Source: Nemertoderma westbladi
Taxonomy: Eukaryota > Animalia > Xenacoelomorpha
Assembly: GCA_032718475.1 (NCBI GenBank)
Contig: JAUCBJ010007801.1
Location: 1 to 43,999, forward strand
DNA: 43,999 bases
Direction of reading: 5' to 3'
This document shows positions 12,653-23,806 of the stretch, one piece after another. Position numbers and translations under genes: made by a program. Below the pieces are notes generated by a model that saw only the letters and a program-made list of their open reading frames with translations, was not told the origin of the DNA and made no database searches. Each line of letters begins with the position of its first letter. The first letter of the stretch is position 1.

Positions 12653-13921
12653 ATGAAGACATCAAGTGGGAACGATATTGTTCTACCGGGATGGAGATTC
12701 TACACAATGGTGAGTTTCCTTATCGCCTTTCAATTGATACCAGGTTGGTGTACCAACTTACTAGAGTCCTTCTTCCCTATTGTGGTACATCAACGTGGCT
12801 GGTCTAACGCAATGATTGGCGCTCTACTCTCTGCCTTCGCTTTAGTCAGATTGTTGATCTATATTGTTTGCCCTCATGCAATCAGTAACTGGGGGACACG
12901 AATTTCTATGGGAGTGTTCGGAATTATAGGATCAATTTCCCTATTGGCGTTTGGATTTGTGGAATATATACCAATTAATGAGTTTGGGTTGTATATTTTC
13001 GCGTGTTTTTCACTTCGAATTATTGAAGGCATCGGTCTCAACATAAGTTATACATATTCCTACAATCTATTGGTAGAGTTAATGCCAAACCATAGAAGTT
13101 CTATAAGCGGCATCGTTCTTATATTTGGCTCTCTGGGTTACACTCTTTCACCAATCTTCGGTTCCGCCATTTACGTAAACTTCGGGTTTGAATATCCATT
13201 CGTAATTTCTGGTTTGATGTTTCTCCTAATCGTCCTTTACATCTGGTACGAGGCACCGGGTTATCTTCATGACAGATGCGAAAACTCCGAAGATCGTCCA
13301 ACTTATATTGGAATCCTCAAGAATCCAGGAATTACAGTTATATATATTCTGGAATTATTCGCATCGATTTTGGGGTATTTTACAATGGCTAACTATGCTG
13401 CATATGTCTATAACTACTACCATGCAAGCCAATATAACATTGGTCTCTACTTTATGATTTTTCCTGTTCTTAAAAGTTCTATTAGTATCTTGCTGACTGT
13501 TTTGCTGAATAGACTGACTACAATTTACCCAACTATAATTGGTATAATATTAATGACAGCATCCATGCACCTAATGGGCCCAACTGAAGCCTTGGGTATT
13601 CCATATTCCTTAACTATTTCTCTAATTGGAATGGCGATACATGGAAGTGGTGCTGGGATGTTTACCGTTCCAGCATTCGAGACACAAGCTCGATTGGCAA
13701 CAAATGTCTGCGGTTTCCGAGATAACGTAGATACAAGGGCGGTTCTCCAACAAGGTCTAAGAATAACATACTCTGTTGGTTATATGGTGGGGGCAGCGTT
13801 TGGGGGTCTAATAAATGATCTAGAAGGATTCCAAGTTGCTTCATCATTAATCAGTCTTATTGGAATCCCATTTGTTTTTGCTTTGATTGGCTTATTTTTC
13901 TGTAACTATGTTAATGAGTAA
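12653..13921 (+). CDS. SLC18B1: MFS transporter, SLC18B1-like (copy 1), 422 aa, single-exon CDS
   Basis: Uninterrupted hydrophobic ORF with ~12 TM segments; LRIIEGIG (TM4 RxxEGxG), GYTLSPIFGSAIY (motif C-like), GFEYPF and LMGP as in SLC18B1-like proteins. Orthology rather than lineage-specific paralogy is not established. Confidence 0.85.
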   Translation: MKTSSGNDIVLPGWRFYTMVSFLIAFQLIPGWCTNLLESFFPIVVHQRGWSNAMIGALLSAFALVRLLIYIVCPHAISNWGTRISMGVFGIIGSISLLAFGFVEYIPINEFGLYIFACFSLRIIEGIGLNISYTYSYNLLVELMPNHRSSISGIVLIFGSLGYTLSPIFGSAIYVNFGFEYPFVISGLMFLLIVLYIWYEAPGYLHDRCENSEDRPTYIGILKNPGITVIYILELFASILGYFTMANYAAYVYNYYHASQYNIGLYFMIFPVLKSSISILLTVLLNRLTTIYPTIIGIILMTASMHLMGPTEALGIPYSLTISLIGMAIHGSGAGMFTVPAFETQARLATNVCGFRDNVDTRAVLQQGLRITYSVGYMVGAAFGGLINDLEGFQVASSLISLIGIPFVFALIGLFFCNYVNE

Positions 13922-14325
13922 CATTGACCTATTAAATGTTACAACTACATGATGTAATCAATTAAACAAACAATGGCAATTAAGGTCAGAGGATGGTTGA
14001 AGGTTTAATGCGTTATATTACAAAAAGCTGAGCCCAACAAAAAGTTATAATAATATGAAACCACTCACTCATTCACCCATAACCCCAATAATAAATTGTA
14101 AATCTTCATGGCAGCTATATAAACTCACTAACATCCTACGCTTTTGTATTGTAAGTTTATCATATTAAATCTGATATTATAAACTCCACTAATTGTGAAA
14201 TTTTGTCAGATAATTTCGATATGGTAAAGTTTACTTCAGGTTAATCACTCAGGATATATCCAGAAACGATCTTTACCTGCGATCATTTTTAGAGCCAGCT
14301 GGTGCCGCTGAACTGGTTAACGCTA

Positions 14326-14380
14326 CACTCACTGATGAGGTCTGATAGGCCGAAACGCGCGTCTAACGCTGGTTCAACCC
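14326..14380 (+). ncRNA. Minimal type I hammerhead ribozyme-like motif (copy 1)
   Basis: CTGATGA-GGTCT-GAT-AGGCC-GAAA-C-GCGC-GTC; predicted cleavage after C14363; proximal stem I imperfect. Confidence 0.65.
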
Positions 14381-15099
14381 GCGGTGACGTGCTTCCATAT
14401 GAAATCGTATTAAAATACCATCATAATTAATTGTGACAATTTCGCTAACTTTGTGGATTGAACGAACCACTAATAGTATTTTTAAGGTTAGAGTTTATTG
14501 CGAAAAGGTGCAGTGTTACATGTTATGTGGTGCTTCATCAGATTTCGACTGGGTTACATGATAGAGGAAACGGAATAAAAACAATAAGGGGAGCACGGTT
14601 CAAAGACAGGACAGTGGACCTACGATTCATCTACTATCACTATTACTACAAATTCGAAATCCAATGTTAAAAAAATCCAAAATTTCAGATCATAATGTGG
14701 AAATAGTTAAATAAATTCAGATACAGTTCTTAAATAAATTTACATTGAAATACAAACACTTGGATTAAAATTAAACTTAATTTGAAATAGGGTTGGTGCG
14801 CGAAAAAAAATGTTGGGCTAGAAATAATAGAATAAGAGGTAACAAGGTGCCCTGAATCGAGTGTTTTTTTGTAAAAACACGTGGAAACGGTCGAAATGGC
14901 GGGTTTAAGTAAGCCCGGCCCGGGAAGCAAATTTTGAAAATCGGCTGTGATTGGCTGCTACAGATTTGACGTCACTACGCAGCGCTCTGATAATTTCTTA
15001 TATTGGTTTCTATGGGGGGTAATTTTAGATTCGTTCAAATATATATTTAATCTCAAACATTTCACACGTGGCTTATATCAATTGAAAGCGGAGAGTCTT

Positions 15100-15546
15100 G
15101 CGCGTCTTTAGACACTAGGCCCTACAATTAATTAAATTCATGATCATGAACATTGATAAAATACTGTTTGCAATTTTGCAAACGTGGTGGATTGCCTGAC
15201 TCCGCATACAAGCACTCACCAACTCAGCCCTAGCCACCTATTGCATTGCAGTATCGGAGTAGGCCTATTGCTGTATTGTTGATTAAGTTCATTAAGTTGA
15301 GTAAACCTACCGCTGTACCACTCTTAGGTCACCGCTGACCGGTACGCGTATACTACTAGGAACACCTACTTGCATGAACATCTGGGATTGGTTAATTAAC
15401 TATTATTTGATTGGACGATGAATTCATGTAAGGAATGGGGAGAGGGGCCGAACTAGTGTAAGGGTTTTTATACTCAGTTGGTAGGTTGAAAATGTTCCAA
15501 ACGCTGTAAGGAATGGAGAAATTGGGTGAAATCATGTAAGGGTTAT
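15100..15546. repeat. Left arm of a diverged ~430-bp inverted repeat (partner 17612-18030)
   Basis: e.g. TGTAAGGAATGGAGAAATTGGGTGAA near 15505 is the reverse complement of TTCACCCAATTTCTCCATTCCTTACA near 17629; similarity continues along the arm. Confidence 0.85.
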
Positions 15547-16137
15547 CTGCCTATTAAACGGTTCATTGCCAGACGACAGTAAAAAATATATACGAATAGC
15601 AGTATACATATATTTAGAGTGGAAATAATGTTGTATAAGGAATCATTTTACACACCATTTACTCCTTGAATTTTCTGATCGAATATATTATAATAATAAA
15701 GTAGTTTTACTACTAGTATTTATTTAATATGGAAATTAATTCATTTTAAATTCATATTTAGAAGCAGTTCACAATGTATGTAAACATAAAAGCTCCAATG
15801 AAATAAATTCTTAATTTTTGTAATGTGCTTAAGCATTTGTTCGATTTGCATTTTTGTTTATCAACAAGTTTCTAGAGCGTTTTTTAGCGCGTGAAGTCTT
15901 ATCAGTACCGCAGGTTGGCCAGCAACACAGCATGCATCCGTTTAATGTAGTCTTTTGTTAATGTCCGTTTAGTGCAGTTGGATGGACACGAATAGCAGAC
16001 CGACTATTCCTAACCAAATACTACTACATATAATCGGCCTACTGCATTGAAACTGCACATTGAGATGCTATGCCAGCTTAACAAAAACATCATGTTCATC
16101 AGCACCATGCAAACCACAATTGGCAAGCGTAATCGTA

Positions 16138-17466
16138 ATGCAGCATGCATTAAGAATGCTATGCCGGCTTATCAACAAAGTTGCACCGCCATAACTCCAT
16201 ATCCCCCATGAATTTCGCGCGAGATTATCCGCATATTCAAGGCCGGTGTCCTTAAGAGGCGTCTCAAGAAAGTCATGGGCTGTCCATCATGCTTATTTTC
16301 TCCATGGGTGTTCGCGCTTTTAGACCTTTAGCAGTTTAACCTGCCAATTTTAGTTGTCCTCTTGTTTATAAATCGACTTTAGCCTATATCAATTACCTAG
16401 TGTACTGAAGTTACATCAGCCGAAGCCAGTCTGTGCGCGACCTTTCACCCACGCTTTTGGGAGACTGGATTCGGATTCCTTGATAGTGATTGCAGTGTAG
16501 ACCTACTGTATTATTCGATTGATCGTTACCATATAATCTCTGACAATATATTTACTTTCGGGGAAATATTAACAGTTCCTTTAGGACGTGGCGCTTTAAG
16601 TATAAAAACAGAGTTATGACTTATACTAATCACAACTAGATGGCCACAGAGTTTCGTAAATAGCGCATTCTTTAGGAGATGCTTTATTAACCTTCACACT
16701 ACTTCACACGACTTCACACTAATCTGCCGACCGTCACTGAATTTGATCATATATAAGGAGGATCGCAACTGACACATGTAGGGATTATGAAATAGCATTT
16801 AATTCACACAAAAACCACTATAATGTAAGTCGCAGTTGCTACCGGTAAACCTGTTCCTCTTATACCTTCAGTAATCAAGAAGATTGGGGGTTTTATGATT
16901 ACTTATCGGTATTCTCCAAATATAACAGCAATATCCATTAACATAACAACAATTAATAACAGAAGTAAAATAATGCGGTGAACAGTCAGTATGTGTTACA
17001 TAATGCATGAAATGTTGTATGAAATATGTGTTCCGATGTTAATAGTTTTACGTTCTTATAATCAAAGCCATCTGATGTTTAGGCCAAAGTCTGAAACTTC
17101 TACACAGAAGTACAGAAGATTCCGAGCCGGTTCTGGTGCTCAGAAAAAAAGGTAAACAAAGACCGTAATGCATTGCGCGGGTTTCCATAGGCCTCTGTCC
17201 GATATAAGGGGGAAAATCGCTCTGATTGGCTGAATAGGCAGAACAAAGAAAAGTTCTACGTCCACAGAGAATCCGCTGATAGATGTCGTCACACCAGCTC
17301 CAATTCCTTCCCGTCGCGTAGTTGGACAAATTCAGGGCTATTTTAGAGTATTCTGCGCATTGCGGAAAAATGACTTGTTATGTCCGCAAAAGCTTTTACA
17401 ATGGGGCTGCCATAGCACAAGATTGGGCACTGGCTGGTCCTCACGGCAAAAACAATGTCATACAAA
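16138..17466 (-). mobile_element. Degenerate 3' fragment of RTE LINE family A, split by a solo LTR
   Basis: 16138-16308 and 17401-17466 are reverse complements of sequence in 1145-1400. Confidence 0.8.
16309..17400. mobile_element. Solo LTR (family X, copy 1)
   Basis: TG...CA ends (TGTTCGCGCTTTT...AAAAGCTTTTACA); 5-bp TSD ATGGG at 16304-16308 and 17401-17405; homologous to 25681-26901 and 43183-end. Confidence 0.85.
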
Positions 17467-17611
17467 GGAATGTATCCCTAGACACTAGTATTGCCAATGT
17501 TCCAATCGTTATAGCTTACTCATGCAGCCCTGTACAACGCAATGTTATACTGCCTAGAATAATATCACATGTTAGTCTAAGTCTACTCTTCTAATACTGT
17601 TGGTACTGTAT

Positions 17612-18030
17612 AATAACCCTCACATGAATTCACCCAATTTCTCCATTCCTTACAGCGTTTGGAACACTTTCTACCTGCCAACTGAGTATAAAAACCCTTA
17701 CACTAGTTCGACCCCTATCTCCATTCCTTACATGATTTCAACGTCCAATCAAATAATAGTTCATTAACCAATCCCAGGCTACAATTCAAGATGTGTTCCT
17801 ACTAGTAGTGTAAGGATTGGGAATACGCGACCGGTATACATTTCAACTTAATGAACTTCAGCTGCAATACAGCAATACTCCGATAATGCAATGCAATACG
17901 TGGATAGGGCTGAGTGGTTGAGTGCATGCATCTGTAATCAGGCAATCTGCGAGTTTATAATTGTGAATTGATTCATTTTATCAACGTTTATCACCATGAA
18001 TTAAATTAATTGTAGTGTCAAAAGACGCAC
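17612..18030. repeat. Right arm of the inverted repeat (partner 15100-15546)
   Basis: Begins ATAACCCTCACATG, reverse complement of CATGTAAGGGTTAT at the inner end of the left arm. Confidence 0.85.
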
Positions 18031-18692
18031 GCTAGGGTGGCTAGTCCCTTTTAAACATTCTTGCCGAAACGAAAACACCTCCAAAGAGGTGACTGACGGA
18101 TTTAACCACTATCACTACGCCTGAAGTGGTTGGAATTATTTCAACTAACTTTTGAATACGCGGTTCTTATTGAATAATAGTACAGTATAATATTAAGAAT
18201 CCAAATTGAGTTAGCAGAATAATGTTTTGCATTATTTTTTAACACATCATCAATGAATATAATAGCATAGACTGTAGGGACTGTAAGGACGGTTCAATTT
18301 TGATTCCCCCCCCCCCCCCCCCCCTTCTATGTTCTATCTGGATGGCCTTCTACAGTATATTATACAGAATCAACTTTATAAGTAGTGAAAGATCTGTATA
18401 TTAATGTTATACATTTACAAACTCGATACCCTTAATTCCACACAAATAAACGCCCCACAATTGGAATATTATTTAAACGCTCCTTATAAAAATATTATTA
18501 GTATAAATACTGTACTATGCACTGTATGCATTTTATATACTGTATATACATTATAAAAATATTGTACCGTAAAGGATCCTAACACATATCACATATCACG
18601 ATTGGCCACAAAAAGCAATACGTCCTACAGTATAACAAACCAATTTAAAAGTGGCTTACATTTTATTGTCTAACACAGACTCTCCTTTCCAC

Positions 18693-18777
18693 GTTGTGGC
18701 GGTGCAATTTTGTTGACAAGCCGGCACAGCATTCTTAAAAATGCAGCTGCAATGCAGCATGCCGATCCTATCCTATC
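18693..18777 (+). mobile_element. 85-bp severely 5'-truncated insertion of RTE LINE family A
   Basis: Matches 1315-1408; (ATCCT)n tail; 11-bp TSD CTCCTTTCCAC at 18682-18692 and 18778-18788. Confidence 0.88.
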
Positions 18778-19478
18778 CTCCTTTCCACTTTGTTACACTT
18801 TTTTATCTATTGTGCTGACTTCGATTTACACATGTCCACTATTGTGGTAACGGTTAGTAAAATATGGCAAAAAGAATGTCGCTAGATGGCGTAAGAGTAT
18901 TGATAAAGTGTGTTAAAAAGTGTGCAATGTGAATTTTCCTAACCCTTCGTTAAATTGTCCAAAAAACAATTTGGCAAAATTTCAGACCATCTTTCAAAAA
19001 TGTTAGCACTATTGGTTAGGGCAATTTCATGGTAGCACAATGAATGTACAGTAGAAAGAGTGCAAACAGTAAGCACAATGACAGTTTGGCACACTCACAC
19101 ATAATCTTATTTTTGACAACCGTAACTCATGTCAAACCACACACACATAATGCAGCGGCATGGCAGTTTTTGTGAGCCACCGTACGTCCTGGCAGTGAAT
19201 ATCTTGCCAACTCGCAAGCAATATTGTGCCCTTTGTATGCACAATGATTTCCGTATACATACTGTATTATACCCTCCTATTGTACAACAACCACTACCTA
19301 CAGTATAATATATTGCACCCATTTACAAACTTATTATTGTATGTTTAACTGCATTATACGCATAACAAATTTTGTCTTATTCACCGAAATAAATAAATAG
19401 CATTCGTTCTATTGTTTACATGATTCAGATAATTAGTTTGCACTCTCAGTCGGATAATTATATTACGTATATTTCCGT

Positions 19479-19732
19479 GACAGTGGGGGAACTTAAAGTA
19501 AATCCCATTTCGGCGAATTAATATCTCTTCTCAATGTTAAGTTATCAATTAAAGGAAAGGGGCAGGTTATAGTGGCACTTTATTTTCATCAAAACAATAA
19601 ACGAAAATCAATAGAAGAGGATAGACTTGTATTATTTTTTTATAGTAATCAGCTGTTATTTGCGTCGATTTCCCCTGGTAAGGGGTGGATTTTGATTGCG
19701 TCAACAGACCCCCCCCCCCCCCCCCCCATCTG
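19479..19732 (-). mobile_element. Duplicate of the MITE upstream of MFS copy 2
   Basis: Near-identical to 12325-12567 but with C19 instead of C8. Confidence 0.7.
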
Positions 19733-19817
19733 CATTTTAGCAAAGGCATAAATTTTTGTCGTTTATTAGAAATAGTTGAAAAACACCACCTATAAGAACT
19801 TGCAACATACTTGTTAA

Positions 19818-21086
19818 ATGAAGACATCAAGTGGGAACGATATTGTTCTACCGGGATGGAGATTCTACACAATGGTGAGTTTCCTTATCGCCTTCCAATT
19901 GATACCAGGTTGGTGTACCAACTTACTAGAGTCCTTCTTCCCTATTGTGGTACATCAACGTGGCTGGTCTAACGCAATGATTGGCGCTCTACTCTCTGCC
20001 TTCGCTTTAGTCAGATTGTTGATCTATATTGTTTGCCCTCATGCAATCAGTAACTGGGGGACACGAATTTCTATGGGAGTGTTCGGAATTATAGGATCAA
20101 TTTCGCAATTGGCGTTTGGATTTGTGGAATATATACCAATTAATGAGTTTGGGTTGTATATTTTCGCGTGTTTTTCACTTCGAATTATTGAAGGCATCGG
20201 TCTCAACATAAGTTATACATATTCCTACAATCTATTGGTAGAGTTGATGCCAAACCATAGAAGTTCTATAAGCAGCATCGTTCTTATAATTGGCTCCCTG
20301 GGTTCTACTCTTTCACCAATCTTCGGTTCCGCCATTTACGTAAACTTCGGGTTTGAATATCCATTTATAATTTCTGGTTTGATGTTTCTCCTAATCGTCC
20401 TTTACATCTGGTACGAGGCACCGGGTTATCTTCATGACAGATGCGAAAACTCCGAAGATCGTCCAACTTATATTGGAATCCTCAAGAATCCAGGAATTAC
20501 AGTTATATATATTCTGGAATTATTCGGAGCTATTTTAGGGTATTTTACACTGGCTAACTATGCTGCATATGTCTATAACTACTACCATGCAAGTCAATAT
20601 AACATTGGTCTCTACTTTATGATTTTTCCTGTTCTTAAAAGTTCTATTAGTATCTTGCTGACTGTTTTGCTGAATAGACTGACTACAATTTACCCAACTA
20701 TAATTGGTATAATATTAATGACAGCATCCATGCACCTAATGGGCCCAACTGAAGCCTTGGGTATTCCATATTCCTTAACTATTTCTCTAATTGGAATGGC
20801 AATACTTGGAAGTGGTAACGGGATGTTTAGCGTTCCAGCATTTGAGACACAAGCTCGATTGGCAATAAATGTCTGCGGTTTCCGAGACAACGTAGATACA
20901 AGGGCGGTTCTCCAACAAGGTCTAAGAATAACATACTCTGTTGGTTATATGGTGGGGGCAGCGGTTGGGGGTCTAATAAATGATCTAGAAGGATTCCAAG
21001 TTGCGTCATCGATAATCAGTCTTATTGGAATCCCATTTGTTTTTGCTTTGATTGGCTTATTTTTCTGTAACTACGTTAATGAGTAA
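19818..21086 (+). CDS. SLC18B1: MFS transporter, SLC18B1-like (copy 2), 422 aa, single-exon CDS
   Basis: Intact paralogue of 12653-13921 with 14 aa differences. Confidence 0.85.
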   Translation: MKTSSGNDIVLPGWRFYTMVSFLIAFQLIPGWCTNLLESFFPIVVHQRGWSNAMIGALLSAFALVRLLIYIVCPHAISNWGTRISMGVFGIIGSISQLAFGFVEYIPINEFGLYIFACFSLRIIEGIGLNISYTYSYNLLVELMPNHRSSISSIVLIIGSLGSTLSPIFGSAIYVNFGFEYPFIISGLMFLLIVLYIWYEAPGYLHDRCENSEDRPTYIGILKNPGITVIYILELFGAILGYFTLANYAAYVYNYYHASQYNIGLYFMIFPVLKSSISILLTVLLNRLTTIYPTIIGIILMTASMHLMGPTEALGIPYSLTISLIGMAILGSGNGMFSVPAFETQARLAINVCGFRDNVDTRAVLQQGLRITYSVGYMVGAAVGGLINDLEGFQVASSIISLIGIPFVFALIGLFFCNYVNE

Positions 21087-23806
21087 CATTGACCTATTAA
21101 ATGTTGCAACTACATGATGTAATCAATTAAACAAACAATGGCAATTATGTAAGGTATAATATGTAATATGCAAGGTTAAATGCATTATATTACATTACCT
21201 ATCTCAGATCCTAATTACCAAAGTTTAGGTGCTCCTCACCCATTCGGATCGCATCTGTCAAATATGTAACTGTGGTGAGATGGAGGTCAAATATTTGGTC
21301 GCATTCCCTAAGTACGATCCATTGAGATCCAAATACATAGATTATTAATAGAAAGCCAATCTTTCAGTAAATCATGAATTTCAAATGGCTCCGAAAACCG
21401 AAGGACTATAACTCCACTCAAGCTAACTATATTATGTAGTCGGTGTAACAACCATATCTGCAACACTGCAATGAATTTATATGTGTTGTTTTATGTTTAT
21501 GTTTGTATTTGTTTTGTGTTTGTATTGTGTTTGAATGAAAGTAAATGTTTATGGCAGCTATATAAACTCCCTCTCCTACGTTTTAAATCTTACATTTTTA
21601 CATTCTTACATAATATTCTTATTATTATTATATATGTGTTATTGTGTTTATATTTCATAGTTCAATAAGTCTGGTCAGGTCCCCAGATCCTGCTACCACT
21701 ATGGCAGTAATGATGTAAAAACATGTAGCTGTCAGCCCAGTATGGCAGGCCCGATAAGCACCAGTAGCCTATTCATTATTTAGTTGATCAAGAGTGGGTT
21801 GGTTTTAGCCCCGTCAACTAAATAAGTCATTGAGGGCTACAGCGCCTAGGGCACTATTGAAGGCAAAGGCTTAAGTACGCATCTGCAATATAGATGATAC
21901 ACGCCCCGCTCTGTCTAAACTGGACGCTCCTCTACCAGTGTTAGGTAACCTAACCCAGGAGGCACACTTGGTTCAGGGTGTAACAAAAGGACCCCTACAG
22001 TCAGCAGCAGGGCTGTAGGCCATGGATAGGTGGAAGGTAATCAACCAACGGCTAGACATGCTGACAAGGTCGGTGGAAGGTAATCAACCAACGGCGACCT
22101 ACTGCGAAGACGCTTGTAGGAGTTGTGACCACAAGCGGTTTACTCTCACAACTGAAAGATATAAGTATGAGAACCCTCCAGGAGAAATACCAGCTCGGTC
22201 TTCACCCGGGTCAACAAGGACCGCGTTCCTCAGTGGTACACCAGGCTGGGGTCGATAAATCGGCTACTGGAACAGAAGACAGAGAAGAAAGAAGAACCAA
22301 CCTGTTGAAATGTAAAAAGACACTAAAGATTGCTACAATGAACGCACGCACGCTGAAAGCACATAGCAAACAGGATGACATGGTCGCTCTGGCAATGGAA
22401 TATAACATCAACATCATCTGCATCCAAGAACATCGGATTTGCCATGAAGACACTGCCATGAAGTACAATGACATTGGAAATGGATGGATGTTAGTAACAA
22501 GCTCAGCAGTAAGAAACTCGGCCAATGCATCAATTGGTGGAGTAGGAATTCTGCTAAGCCCATTTGCACTTAAGACCCTAAATAACATCGAATCTATAAA
22601 TTCCAGATCACAACATTTGATAGGAATCCCAAGACAACAGTAATATGTTGCTACAGTCCAACCAATGCCTCAGAGCCTGAACAAGCAGTCAAGTTTTATG
22701 AAGATCTGACTGGACTTATAAAGGACATTCCGAAACACAATGTTAAAGTCATTGCTGGTGACCTGAATGCGCAAATTGGCCCAGAAGACATCAAGGGTTA
22801 CACCTATAACACCAGTTCTTATAGAAATGGGTACTTACTTTTAGACCTAATGGAAGAATGTGAATTGATACCAACAAACAACACATTCGAAAAGAGTAAG
22901 GGGAAGCTAAGGACCTTTCAATACCCTAATGGAACCAAAGCAAAACTGGATTACATCTTTAAGAACAAAAAGTGGAGAAACAGCATGATCAACTGCGAGG
23001 CATACAGCTCGTTGAACCTAAATGGTTCGGACCACAGAATTGTGACTGCAGAGATCAGACTCAGTTTGAGAGCAAGCAAACTAAGGACAAGCAAGCAAAT
23101 CAACTATGACTGGAAGAAACTAGGGACTGGGACTACTGCATAAGAACCAAAACGGATTTCGACCAAGTAGATCAACAATAACTCAGATACTTGCACTACG
23201 GAGACTGATTGAAGGAATTAAGTTAAAGAATCTCCCCGCAGTCATGACTTTTGTGGACTTCAAGAAGGCATTTGACTCCATATATAGAGGTAAAATGCTT
23301 GAAATTCTAAGAGCTTATGGAATACCAGAAGTGGTGGCATTGGATTGTTATATTGTGACACAGAAACACAGGTACTCTCACCAGATGGTGAAATTGAGTT
23401 TTTCTCAATCCTGGCTGGCGTACTGCAAGGTGTCACATTAGCACCATTACTATTTGTAATAGTACTGGATCAGGCAATGAGGACGGCCACAAAGGGTGAA
23501 GATCTGGGATTCATACTTCAAGAACGCAGAAGTAGTAGATATCCGGCAACTACAGTCACAGACACCGACTTTGCGGATGACAACGCCAGCAGATGCACAG
23601 CTTCTACTAAATAAAGTGGAGAGGGCTGCTAAGGAGGTTGGATTGCATATAAATGCTACCAAGACCGAATTCATGACCTTTAATGTTGATGGAAACTTGA
23701 CAACCATTGATAATAATCAACCAAGGAAGGTCGATGACTTGCAGTACCTTGGATCATGGATAGAGAGTAGCAAAAAGGACATAGAAGTTAGGAAAGCAAA
23801 GGCTTA

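Noticed and set aside
12653-21086. MFS duplication as an uncollapsed haplotype artefact
   Set aside because: Unique intervening DNA, diverged downstream flanks and copy-specific old TE insertions fit real paralogy better; long reads would confirm
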